A DNA stretch of 64,000 bases from Macrostomum hystrix (Eukaryota > Animalia > Platyhelminthes): positions 5,952,001 to 6,016,000 of the forward strand of contig CATNEN010000039.1 of the NCBI GenBank assembly GCA_950097015.1, in the 5' to 3' direction. The position numbers were made by a program, and so were the translations under genes. The notes under the pieces are model-generated. The model was not told the DNA's origin. It saw only the letters and a program-made list of their open reading frames with translations, and did not search any database. Within the stretch, counting starts at the first letter, position 1, and the number at the start of each line of letters is the position of its first letter. Below, one piece after another: positions 1 to 11,452 of this stretch.

Positions 1-219
1 CTAGACGGCACCTCGGCTCTATTTCACCCGCCACAGTCGAGCCAGACGCAGAGAAAGTCCAGCAAATGAAAGAAGCTGCCAGGATGCAGATAAAAAGGCC
101 TGCGGATTTGTCAGACACCGCGGTTTCTATGTACTGAGCGGCCAATCAGAACTTCTTTTATTGTCGCGCATAGATTCTAACCACTTTACCGATATTTCTA
201 TGGAAAAAAAGTCCAAGGA

Positions 220-445
220 AGCGTTTCTCAGCCTCGGCTGTGCAGCCCGATGGCACAATCCATTGATCCTTGAGCGCACACGCACACAGCCCTGACCTGC
301 CGTTTTCATTATTAGGCTGTGTGCACTCTCACTGTGCCTTAGAAGTTGGCCCTCATATCGTTGCACTATAATGCCGACTGACTTCTCTTCGCGGCTGCGT
401 GCTAAACAGGTGTGACCTCGCTGCGGATTCGAGCCCATGGACATG
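220..445 (-). mobile_element. Diverged partial copy of SINE family 2
   Basis: Shares ACTGTGCCTT(A/G)GA(A/G)GTTGGCC, TTCTCT(T/C)CGCGGCTGCG and CCTCGCTGCGGATTCGAGC with the copy at 1875-2229. Confidence 0.55.
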
Positions 446-478
446 ACCCCACAATTCAAACCCCTAAGCCAACGCGAA

Positions 479-1073
479 TCTCTATCTATCTATTTGCAGG
501 GGGGCCCGGGGCACTTGTCGCACAAGCGACGGAGCGGCACGCCCCCAGACCGGCGAACTAGGCGCTTAGCGCCCATCGCGCCGCCTCCCCTGAGCAGGCA
601 TGCCCACACACAGCAGCATAGACCAGCCGGGGAGGGCAGGAGGCACCCAGAATAGGCAGCAGTGCCCCCCACCCCAGCCCCACACGCACAAGAGCAGACC
701 AAGCCGAGGAAGGCTGATATGAAATCAGTCCTCAGCGGGGCCGGGTGATGAGTGTACACTTATCCAATCGCGCTGACGGAAATCCAGAAAGCGCGCGGCG
801 GTGTACACCCGCCCTCCAGCCACCCCCCGCAAGGCCTCACGCCCCAGCGCCAACGCACACAACTCACACAACGCAGAACAGGCACACAGAAAGGTAGGAG
901 CGAAGCTAATATTTCAAGCTTTGATTGCACGAAATATGGCGCACCTCCGCCGGTCGCTACTGTCCAAACCCTCCAACAAGTCCCGAAATTAATCGTGACT
1001 TGAAGGGAGAATCAAACTAGCGTCCATTGGAGTGCGAGGCAGCGACGCTAGCCGCTGACCCACTCGCCCCCCC
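479..1073 (-). mobile_element. tRNA-headed SINE (family 1), full length with 13-bp TSD
   Basis: Direct repeat AAGCCAACGCGAA at 466-478 and 1074-1086. The minus-strand 5' end has a tRNA-like head (GGGGCGAGTGGGTCAGCGG...TAGTTTGATTCT, degenerate A/B boxes) and the 3' end is a (TAGA)n tail. Confidence 0.75.
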
Positions 1074-1453
1074 AAGCCAACGCGAAAGAAAGCTGCTTGT
1101 TTTTCAGTTATACAGATATTCAATAGAAACTAGATGATACGATGTCAGGCAAGCTTCTGAGTAAAGTCAGTCTTCTAGTGCTGAAGACGATGTTATCCAC
1201 AAATAGATGGTTTGTTGTTTCCGTTTATAACTCAAGGATTAAGAATTGCTTGTGTTGTAACCAAATCTCTAGGCCGTAGATCATCTTCAGAATAAAATAT
1301 ACTTGTAAAATATAAAATGACACGCTAAATATTTGTTTATCTTCATGACTTGTCTGTCCACAATTCAAAGTTCAATGAAGGACATGATTTATTTGCGACA
1401 GTATTTCAACAGCAGCAAGCAATATGCATGGGTGGGTTCACTCATCGAGGCCA

Positions 1454-4019
1454 TCAGGCATTGCTAGCGAAGAACTTGGCCAAGGTCTGGCAGGCGTCGC
1501 GAATCTGCTCCATCTGGCGGGGGTCGCTGCGGTCGCCCCTGGCGGCGCAGAAGCCGTGGGTCACGCCGTCGTACCGGCGGTGAACGCAGCGGTTGTAGAA
1601 CGGCTGGTCGCGCAGGCCGCGCATCAGGCTCTCCATGTCAGGGTCGTCGCTGGCCGGTAGCAGAGCAATGGGCACCTGCAACCGGGTCAGCCAGCCTCTT
1701 TTAATTAACAGTTTCACAGGTGGGTATATCTGTTCTGATATTCTCATCGTCAAGCCATAATAACTACAAGCCCTCCAGTCTTCTCTCCGCGGGGCCTCGC
1801 TGCGGATTTGTGCTCAGGGACCTTGATGTGGTACGAAAGTTAGTCGCTTTAACCGCACTGTCACTAAGCCAACAATAATTGCAGGAGGGCTGCAGGCGAT
1901 GGCGCATCATGTAGTGCCAGTAGATCCGCAGCCAGCGAGGAGGCAATTCTGTCCATGTCGCTGACTCCTGAGCACACATGCACACAGATACTGTACGCAG
2001 GCACACGCTCACACAGGTGTGTACATCTGCCCTGACTTTCTCATCGTCAGGCAGTGTACACTCGAACTGTGCCTTGGAGGTTGGCCATCAAGGGCGTAAA
2101 TTGCACGACAAGCCCCCCAAGCCTTCTCTCCGCGGCTGCGCCCCAAATGAATGTGGCCTCGCCGCGGAATCGAACTCATGAAGCTTAGTGCGAGGGAGTC
2201 GCTTTAAACGCTTTGCCACTAAGCCCCGCTGTTATATATAATTTAAGGACTGATGAGAGCGTGAAACCTAGCTTAAAGATAAATGGGAGGTAACCTAAAT
2301 GACCTCATGAGGACAGGCAGGGCCAGTATGCTACTAGCTATTTAAAGCGCATTTATTATATAAAAATTATCCAAAAGTGTGATCTAGAAACATAAAGACG
2401 TGGGGCGGGTACTATAAAACGTGTGCTAACTAAAAGTTACACTGCCGAGATAGAAGCAAAGATCTAAGAAGCGATATTACGAGCACTTCAAAGTACGACC
2501 CCCTAATCTAGAGATTAAAATTGCTTATACATATATGCATGCTAGCATACTTGAAGGAGTGATCTACACATCGACAGTGTGATCTAGAGATGGACAGTGG
2601 GATCTCAAAAGTCTACAGGACTATTTGCACCAAATCTACAGGATTATTTGCACTAAATCTATAGGACTATTTGCAGCTAATCTACAGGATTATTTGCACT
2701 AAATCTACAGGATAATTTGCAGCTAATCTACAGGATTATTTGCAGCTAATCTACAGGATTATTTGCAGCTAATCTACAGGATTATTTGCAGCTAATCTAC
2801 AGGATTATTTGCAGCTAATCTACAGGATTATTTGCACTAAATCTACAGGATAATTTGCAGCTAATCTACAGGATTATTTGCAGCTAATCTACAGGATTAT
2901 TTGCAGCTAATCTACAGGATTATTTGCAGCTAATCTACTCGATTCGTCGCAGCTAATCTAGAGGGGCTCTAAACAAACAGTGAGCAGCTGCGTGAGATGC
3001 GTGCTCACCCGCACAGCCTTGACAATTTCTGCAGACAGGAAGGCTGGATGAGCGGAGGCGGCACAGGCGAAGGGCGATTCGGCCGCCGCGGCCAACAGCA
3101 TGGACGGCTTGGCGCCCCAGCAGAAGCCCAGGACGCCCAGCTTGGCGGAGGCGTCGAGGCGCTGCCTCAGAAGCGGCACCGCCTGCTCAAGGATGGCCTT
3201 GACCGCCTTCTCGGCGTTGGCAGTGGAGGCAAGCCAGGCGCCGAATTCTGCCTTGTCAGTCGGCGGGAATCTGCGGACCAGATTCGGAGATCGAATAAAC
3301 ATCACTGCTCATTGCTCCATATAGCTGCGGACAGCTGTTGAGTCCGTGGATACTCAGCTAGGTGAAATAAAGTAGCCCTAGACTAGGGCATGGAGTGGGT
3401 GGATGGCTGAACACTTTTATATGAGGCGCAGCCGCGAAGACAAGGCAAATTACGCCCTCGAGGGCCAACCTCCAAGGCACAGTGAGAGTGCAAACTGCCT
3501 GGCGATGTGAAACTCAGGGGAGATTTACACACCTGCGTGCAGTATCTGTGGGCAAGAGTCAACGAAATGGGCAGAATTGCCTCCTCGCTGGCTGGGTCTA
3601 GTGTCACCAAATGATGTGCCAGTGCCCGCCATCCACCTATACTGAATTTCTAATTATTACTATTATTATTAGTAATAAAGCGCTAGGCAAGGGCATATTC
3701 TATAACTAGCAATTAGTAAGCTCTGAACTGTACACCATTGGTGTTGGCTAACCCACCTGGCCAAGCTCCAAGCTTCGCCGCCGTGAAACATGTCAGGCAT
3801 GAGCACAGTGGCCTGACACTCGGCGGCCAAATCGTCGGCAAACTGTCGCGTCTGCCCAATGTCGAAGCCGAAGATGTCGTGAATGAGCAGCAGGCCACGG
3901 CCCCTGCCGCTGCCGGTGACGTAATTGCGCACGCTGGCGTGGGTGACAACGGAGCCGGCGCCGCTGTTAGCATTGTTCCTAGGCGAGCCGCTAGAACAGC
4001 AGACTCCATCGGTTGCCAT
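1454..4019 (-). CDS. Dienelactone hydrolase family / carboxymethylenebutenolidase-like protein (3 exons: 4019-3757, 3270-3009, 1675-1454)
   Basis: Motifs LLIHDIFG, MPDMF, GVLGFCWGA (Cys nucleophile), ASDD and THGF. GT-AG junctions are phase-consistent (AG|A, CGG|GTG). AATAAA on the minus strand at 1388-1393. Confidence 0.9.
1875..2229 (-). mobile_element. tRNA-headed SINE (family 2), near full-length; an adjacent partial head lies at ~1765-1870
   Basis: Minus-strand head GGGGCTTAGTGGCAAAGCG...GAGTTCGATTCC (A box/B box). The body matches copies at 3385-3670, 44683-44997 and 61035-61303. Confidence 0.8.
2630..2958. repeat. 23-bp minisatellite (GCTAATCTACAGGATTATTTGCA)n, ~14 copies, in the hydrolase intron 2
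   Basis: Directly visible tandem periodicity. Confidence 0.95.
3385..3670 (+). mobile_element. SINE family 2 copy (diverged 5' end) in the hydrolase intron 1
   Basis: GGCGCAGCCGCG...TTACGCCCT...GGGCCAACCTCCAAGGCACAG...GGCAGAATTGCCTCCTCGCTG, followed by an (ATT)n tail. Confidence 0.75.
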
Positions 4020-4184
4020 TCCAACGCTTGTGTTAATAAAGGTACTTTTAAATACAGCGCAACTATGCGATTTTACTACTAATACGAGTATTAGCTTGTT
4101 GGCGACAATTGGCGCTTTTGAATGGACGAAAGAAGTCAAGATGGGCTGGAAAAAAAGAAACGGATATTTCAAGACTCACATCAA

Positions 4185-4375
4185 AACTAAATATACGAGA
4201 TGGTAATAAGCTGAACCTGAGTATATGAGAGGGTAATAGGCTAAACCTGAGTATATGAGAGGGTAATAGGCTAAACCTAAATATATGAGGGTGTAATAAG
4301 CTGAACCTGAGTAAATGAGAGGGTAATAAGCAAAACCTGAGTATACGAGAGGGTGAACCTGAGTACCTGAATTGA
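4185..4375. repeat. 30-bp minisatellite (GAGGGTAATAGGCTAAACCTGAGTATATGA)n, ~6 copies
   Basis: Visible tandem repeat abutting the truncated 5' end of the Gypsy pol. Confidence 0.85.
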
Positions 4376-6845
4376 GCACCTATTCGCCAAGCTCAAAAAC
4401 GCAAAAAAGTTTGCGAAGGTAGACTTGCGCTCTGTCTATTGGCAAATAGCTCTCGATGAGTCTGCGGAGGAACTATCAGTGATCAATACCTCACGCGGCC
4501 TCTACCGTGTCAAACGCCTACAAATGGGCATGAAAAACGCCTCCTTCATTTTCCAAAGGACCATGGAGAGTATTCTATCTGACATCAAAGGCATCCTTGT
4601 CTACCAAGATGATGTCCTAGTCTTTGCAGAGAATTCCGAAGCACTAGGTAAGCGGCTGAATCCGGTCAAAACCAGGCTCTCAGAATAGAAAGTGACCATC
4701 AACGAAAGCAAATCTATTAATATGTGCAATGAAATTTCATTTCTTGGATTCAAAATCTCCGCATCTGGAATTCAGCCTGACGAACCTCTAGTTGACAAGA
4801 TCCGCCATATCGCCGCTCCCAGCTCCAAGAAGGAAGTTGAGCAGTTCCTTGGCCTAGTGAATTTTTTTGGCCTTCTGATACCTAATTTCTCCACCAAAGT
4901 CGCCCCACTGAATGACCTTCGGAAGGGAAGCTCGCCCTTCGTCCGGCGAGTGCGCTCACGCATTTGAGGGGCTCAAGCGAGAAATCTCATCCAGGCCTGT
5001 GGTGCAGCCATATAGCCTCGAAAAAGAGGCCACTCTCACCACTGACGCCTCCAAAGGTGCGCTTGCTGCTGTTTTGACCCAGGACGGGCACCCCGTGATT
5101 TACATCTCCAGGACTCTCATCCGCAGAAGCCAACTACTCAAACATCGAACGAGAGGCACTGGCGATTTTCTGGGCAATCCATAGGCTTAAACACTATCTG
5201 CAAGGCCGAAAATTCACCATTCGGACTGATCACCAACCGTTGCTTCGCCTCTTTGGTGGCAGCATTCCATTGAGCACCTCTTCCAGAATCAGCCAATGGG
5301 CGCTGTTTATAATACAATTCGATTTCACTCTGGAATACGTACAAGGGACAAAAATTCCGCATGCCGACGCGCTCTCCCGACTCCGGTTTGAAAACGCTGA
5401 TCTTGAGCCTAGCGGCACCTTTTGGGCGGTAAACTGCGTTGCCTTTGAATCCCCAACCATTGATCCACACAGAATAGCATCCGAAATTGAGTCAGACGGC
5501 CTCCTTCAACGAATAGTTCGCCGCATTCGGTCTGGTGACTGGCGAGGCTGCACACGAGCAGAGGCAGCCTTTAAGAAAGTCGCGGAATGCCTGACTCTCG
5601 AGAATGGCCTGATCTACATGCGCCGCCGAGCATTCATTCCACCAAGGCTCAGACGAGAGGCCTTCGACGCAGTGCATGACACTCATACGGGTTCCAACGC
5701 AGCCCACAAGTTGCTTGCACAGACCTGTTGGTGGCCCGGTATGCAGAGAGCTGTGGAGCAATTTGTTTCGCAATGCCGAACATGCACTCAGTTAAGACCT
5801 CGTCTGCAAAAAACTCGCGACACTTGGCCACCTGCCACCGCTCCATTTCAAAGTGTGCACATGGACTGGGCTTTTGTACCAGCCGTTGGCAACATCCTCA
5901 TCGTGGTTGATGCGTACTCGGGCTGGATAGAAGCTTTTCCCACAAAGGACAGATCAGCAGAGAGCGTCATCAACTCGTTGCGAACAGTTTTTACTCGCTT
6001 TGGCGTTCCGGAGCTGGTTGTTTCGGACAACGCAGCGGAGTTCACCTCGGCTACCCTATTGGCCTGGTTGCAAAGGAACAGTGCTTGTAAGATGGAGAGC
6101 CCTCCATATTCCCCTCAATCTAATGGTGCAGCCGAGCGAGCCGTCCAGACTATCAAGAAGGCCTTGCAGGCATGGACCCAGCGTCTAACACATGGCAGCT
6201 TTGTCGCTTTTTTGCAGAAGGCTCTGCTACATCATCGCAATTCTTCAACTTCACGCGGACGAACACCTACCGAGCTCGTGCTAGGACGGCGACTTCGAGT
6301 TCCGGTGGTCTCCATCTTCCAGCAGGGCGACCCGGTGCAATTCAGGGCCAACGGCGACACCAGCAGCTCTCGAGCTGAGTTTCTGATGTCGCAGGGGCGC
6401 AACACCTCCTGGCTACTGACGGGCGCCAAATACAACTGGCCTCAAACAATCAATTCGGCCCGCTGGCTCCTGCCTCTGAGACCGATAAGGAAGAAGACGC
6501 AGTTCACCAACAACCACAAGCAAATATGCCCGAGGTTCCCCCAGAGATCGCTCCGACAAGAAGCACTAGGGTGAGGAATCCCCCAAATCGCATTGTGCCG
6601 TAAGCTCAGACTGAGTAAACCATGATCGCGTCATTTCACTGACTTTGCGAAGTCTATTAACTAGTTCTTAAAGTTTGTTTTTTTGCCTGGACGTTATCCA
6701 TCGTCTTCCTTTGCAGATGGGGACAGTACCGACGGCTTCGTTCAAACTACGACAGTGTCATGATAGCCTTTGATTTGATCGGGTTGGCCGGTGTCAACCT
6801 CTTCCCATGTTTTCCCAACTCACATCCTGAGTGAGGGAAGGGGGT
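4376..6845 (+). mobile_element. 5'-truncated, decayed Ty3/Gypsy LTR retrotransposon pol (RT-RNaseH-integrase)
   Basis: RT motifs KVDLRSVYWQI, LQMGMKNAS and YQDDVLV. RNase H motifs TTDASKGALAAVL, YSNIEREALAI and TDHQPL. Integrase HHCC (HDTH...CRTC) and D,D,E core (HMDW, VSDNAAEF, SNGAAERAV). Stop at 4686-4688 plus frameshifts. Purine tract GAGGGAAGGGG near 6833-6844. Confidence 0.93.
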
Positions 6846-6964
6846 TCATAATTCTACTGAGCAGTTGTAGACTCTCAGGAGTCTACTCCTGTATTATTTC
6901 TGTAGTACTGTAGCTATAGCTGTAGCTATTGTGCGATGAGATGTGCGCGCAAATTAACAGTAGA

Positions 6965-7115
6965 AAGGGGGTATTCAAAAACCCACATTTATATTTTTCT
7001 ATGTATCTCCTAAAATATTTAACCCATCGCCAGGAAAATCCAGGATACTAGCTTAAATTTTCCGCTCCATCCGATGAAACAACTTGCAAAACCAGCAAAC
7101 ATAGGCATCGTCGAG
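6965..7115 (+). repeat. Dispersed repeat fragment, homologous to 20785-20930 (probable DNA transposon remnant)
   Basis: Shared blocks GGGGGT(A/GT)TTCAAA, TCTCCTAAAAT, ATCGCCA(G/T)GAAAATCCAG, CGATGAAA and CATCGTCG in the same order and spacing. Confidence 0.6.
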
Positions 7116-7446
7116 ATATTCAATGATTCCCGTCGGGGTGTCTGATGTAAAAAACTACCTATATAGACATAGTTTTTCTGTTCACAAAACTTTATCATGT
7201 AACCATGTCGGCTATCATTGTTGCCTATTTTGGATTGATAAATATGTTCATCGCAAAGGGCGGAAAAGAAATCCCTAAGTCTAAACTGGCGAATCTGGCA
7301 GTAATCAATCAATTAAATCAGTCAAAGAGAACAAGATGCAAACCAAATAAACTAGCCATCGAATTCTAGCAAGCAACAAATAATCAAGCATTTAAAGACT
7401 GTCATTTATTTACACCGACAGCAATACAGTGTCTGCTCCGAGCGAC

Positions 7447-8699
7447 TCATAGCGACTCATCTCGTGCCTGCTGGGCTGGCTCCATGACGGTCTGTGGCGC
7501 CAGCGCGTGCCTCAGCCGCTGCCGCATCCAGGCCTTGGTCTCTTCACGGCTGGGCTTCGGCACCAGCGGCAGGAAGGTGACAATGCCACTGCTGGTCAGG
7601 TCCTCATTCGGCACCGCAGCCAGGTGGCGATAGTTCGACCGCACATAGCGCACCATCAGGCTGATGCTCTCTGCGTCCACCTTGGGCGAGCAGCAGCACA
7701 CCTAAGCCAATGGGAGGGCTCGGCTAATTAGCTCAGGGATCAAATGAACCAAACCAACCAGACAGTGGTAAACCCAGAACGGAATCTTACACACCTGTCT
7801 CCACAGCAGCTCAGCCAGGGCCAAGTCCGTATCCACATAGGCCAGCTTGTAAAGAAAGTTGACATGCTGAAACTGGTTAAACATGAGTGCGGCTGTACGA
7901 GTCTTAGCCGAGAAGCTTGGAAAGTCCTGCATCCTCTGCCGGATGTCGCTGTGAAACAATCGGCCCATGCCGTACAGAACATAACTAGTTCGATAATCAA
8001 ACTGCTCATCAAGTGTGATTTTCTGTTCGCTAATGTAACGCAGACGTTGCATCACCAGCCACAGGTGCAGCGATGTTATGCCGTGCCATGTAGAGAATGA
8101 ATCGTCCAGGCCTAGTCTAGCAATCCACTCGGCGCTGTGGTCCGGGTACTCGGCGCAAATGCAGTACAGACTTTTGGCCACTCGCAGGTACGGATCTCGT
8201 CTCCAGTTGATGGAGCAGCGAATGTCCTGCAGCTTCTTTTTGATCAGGTAGGGCAGCGGCAGTCCGTGGGATACATTCCTTGCCGCCGGGGTAGCGAGGC
8301 CGCGCCGCTGGCAGCTAGTCCGGAGGGCGGCCAGCCCCAATCGACCGGGGTTGAGAAACAAGCCTGGAGCAAGCTGCAGAAGTAGCCGGGAATGTACATT
8401 GGGGTGCTGTAGGGATTGGTCGGGAATGTACACTGGGGTGCTGTGCTGTGTGGATTGGTCGGGAATGTACAATGGGGTGCTGTAGGGATTGGTCGGGAAC
8501 GTACATTGGGTTGCTGGGGAATTGGTCGGGAATGTACACTGGGATGCTGTGGGGATGGGTCGAGAATGTACATTGGGGTGCAGTGATGAAGGGTCAGGAA
8601 TGTACACTGGGCGCTGAGGGATTGATCAGAAATGTACATTTCAGTGTAGAAAATAATGAATTAGAAATGTATCATACAATAATAAGCAGTTTGACACAT
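7447..8699 (-). CDS. UQCC1: Ubiquinol-cytochrome c reductase complex assembly factor 1 (Cbp3/UQCC1 family); exons 8699-8678 (tentative), 8363-7795, 7701-7447
   Basis: Family signature LGLDDSFSTWHGITSLHLWLVMQRL...DLALAELLWR...MVRYVR. The exon 2-3 junction is in phase. The tentative first exon MCQTAYY ends at a GTATGA donor in phase 1, matching the acceptor at 8364. AATAAA at 7405-7410. Confidence 0.85.
8388..8640. repeat. ~34-bp minisatellite (GGGAATGTACATTGGGGTGCTGTAGGGATTGGTC)n in UQCC1 intron 1
   Basis: Visible tandem repeat; it explains the repetitive N-termini of ORFs 7702..8607 and 8244..8639. Confidence 0.9.
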
Positions 8700-9040
8700 G
8701 GTGTTAAAACTAATGTTAAAACTAAAAAAATAAAAAACGTGCATTTTTCGGTCATTACACATAAATATAGAAATCAAAGCTCTATAAGCAAATAGAACTA
8801 TCAATCAAATATATATTTTAAACGCAGCTACAATGCACACATACAAAATACAATTTAATGTGTACATCAAAAAGGCATGTACTTGGCCAAATGGGTGAGC
8901 AAACAAGTTTTGTTTACATAAACTAAGAAGACATTTATTAATCCAATCTAGATGAATTTAACCACGCGAGGTAGACAGCATGACGAGCTACTTAACTTCA
9001 CTCAAATGTAAGTAGAAATAAGTTGAAGCAGCCAGCGGCA

Positions 9041-11452
9041 TCAGCTGATCGCGTCCCTAGCAGATACGCTCCAGTACTGAGCGGACATCATCTCGGTGAG
9101 GCGGGACACTGTGCGCTCGTGAGCAAACACCTCTTCTTCGCCTGTGAAAATCGCCGCGCCCGCCGCTTCAGCGTTTGGCCCATGCTTGGAGACGCCTAGA
9201 TCGTCACGCAGAATCTGCATCCGATGCAGCTCGGCTTCGTCGAGACTGTCGCCAGGCTGGAACAGGCTGTCAGGCGGCTGGGCCGCGCTCATCACAAGGC
9301 GGCACCTGGGATGTGGGAAAAACACCTGAGATGCTAGATTTGCTGGACATTACAGCACATGAGATGCTAGATTTGCTGGACATTACAGCACATGAGATGC
9401 TAGATTTGCTGGACATTACAGCACATGAGATGCTAGATTTGCTGGATATGACAGCACCTGAGATGCTAGATCTGCTGGAAATCACAGCACCTGAGATGCT
9501 AGATCTGCTGGACATTACAGCACCTGAGATGCTAGATCTGCTGGAAATCACAGCACCTGAGATGCTAGATCTGCTGGACATTACAGCACCTGAGATACTA
9601 GATCTGCTGGACATTACAGCACATGAGATGCTAGATTTGCTGGACATTACAGCACATGAGATGCTAGATTTGCTGGACATTACAGCACATGAGATGCTAG
9701 ATTTGCTGGACATGACAGCACCTGAGATGCTAGATCTGATACTGATACTATATCAACAGGCGAAGGCGCATTGACCAACCTATTATCATAGATGGTATCA
9801 ATAAGGGTGATGAATCTACGCATAGCGCTGCGATTCTGTAGCGACAAGAGCGGCGCTCCAGTCAGGAAGATGCAGTGGAAGCGCTGGCAGATGGCCACAT
9901 AGTCGGCAGCGGCAAGGGGCTGACAGCACAGCTCATTGAAGCTACTCCACAATAGGCCGCCTTTGCACCTGTCGAAGCTGACATCTCGGCCGAACACTCG
10001 CAGTCGAGTTGGACCCGCCAAGCCGGCTTCGGTGGAGCACAGGCGTTTCCACAGTGTCTCCATGGCAACGCTGGACTCGGCGTCGCTAGTTAGGAAGTAA
10101 GTGCGCAGAGAATCGTCGGCCTTGTCGCGAGACAGACGTCGATAATCGACGCCGGAGCCGAGTTTCACAAGGCCGCAGTGCCGCTTCAGTATGGGAATGA
10201 AGGGTAGGAAGTTTACTCTCTGCAGGCCGTTCTTGTACAGATCGTCAGGTGCCCGGTTGGAGGATGCGACCAGCACCAACCCCGAGGAGAACAGCACGGT
10301 GAATAGGCGCTTCAAAATCATTGCGTCGGCGATGTCCGTCACTTGGAATTCGTCCAGACACAACAGCCTAGTTCGGCCAGCGATGTCGGCGGCCACTGGC
10401 CCGATGGGATCGTAGGCGCCCTTAGGGGGATTAGAAGGGGAATAGCGATGTAGTGATAGGATAATTGAGGGAATTAGTGAGATTATTTGGGATTATGTGG
10501 GATTTTCGAGTCAATTAGTGAGAGGATTAGCGTGGGGATTTGTTAGGGGAATACTGATAGGATTATTGTAGGGATTAGTTGGGACATTAAGGGATTAGTG
10601 AGAGGATTAGATTGGAATTAGTGATGGGGTTAGTGATGATTTTCACGCGTCTTTACTTAAGTGAAGTTATCGAAGTTTACAACAATCTCCGGATTTCTAC
10701 CCAAGCTAGTTTAAGAAGCAACCCTGATCTGAACTGATTCGAACTCCAGACCTCGCGAATCTGAACTTCTAAGCTCTAGCCACTGGGCTACTACTTTTCT
10801 CTATCTACCTGCAAGAATGATGGAAGAGCTCATACAACAGTATCTGAATCCGACGCTTATCTAGCTGAGTGAAACTCACTTTAACAGACGTATCAGCCTG
10901 TTTAAACCGGTGAATCATCTGGTGCACCTCCGTCATAAAGGCGTGAAAGTGAAGACGCCGTTTAGCAGCCAAGCTTCCAGTTCCATCAGCACCGACTGCG
11001 GTCAGTCGGCCGCCACTTTTGCTGCTACCATCAGTAGCACCGGCAGCGTCAGTAGTAGTAGAGCAACAGTTAAAGAACAGGTCCATGAGCATACTTTTGC
11101 CTCCACCAACACCGCCATAGATGTAAAGACCCCGCGGTGCAGTTACAGTAGAGTGCCCTGAAGATTTCGATGACAACCGCTGAACAAGGCGTGACATGAA
11201 ACTGGAAGATGTGGAAACTGAACTTGACAATGAAGATGCTGGAGTCAGATGTCCGCCAGTCATCAGCTCATTGTGAAGCCTATCTAGGTGCTCCAATACC
11301 ATAATTTGATGCGAGTCCTGCTGCAGATGACCCTTAGCAACCAGTTGAGAATAGGCTGTGGTTGGTGACAGGCTAGTCTGTGTTGAGCACAATCGTATGC
11401 TGGCATAGGTGTTAGGCCTAATGGAGTGAAATCTACCAATCAGAGCTGGCAT
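9041..11452 (-). CDS. AFG1L: AFG1-like mitochondrial AAA+ ATPase (LACE1/ZapE family); exons 11452-10880, 10420-9780, 9305-9041
   Basis: PRGLYIYGGVGGGKSMLMDLF (Walker A), RLHFHAFMTEVH, LLCLDEFQVTDIADAMIL (Walker B), SNRAPDDLYKNGLQR, RRFITLIDTIYD and EEEVFAHERTVSRLTEM. Arg/Ser-rich N-terminus. Junctions are in phase. Confidence 0.95.
9322..9740. repeat. 33-bp minisatellite (GAGATGCTAGATTTGCTGGACATTACAGCACAT)n, ~12 copies, in AFG1L intron 2
   Basis: Visible tandem repeat; it produces spurious 11-aa-repeat ORFs on both strands. Confidence 0.95.

Noticed and set aside
6845-6960. Intact Gypsy LTR pair
   Set aside because: No second LTR copy and no clear TG...CA boundaries are visible; the element is 5'-truncated.
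9175-9774. 199-aa and 147-aa repetitive ORFs
   Set aside because: Translation of the 33-bp intronic minisatellite of AFG1L.
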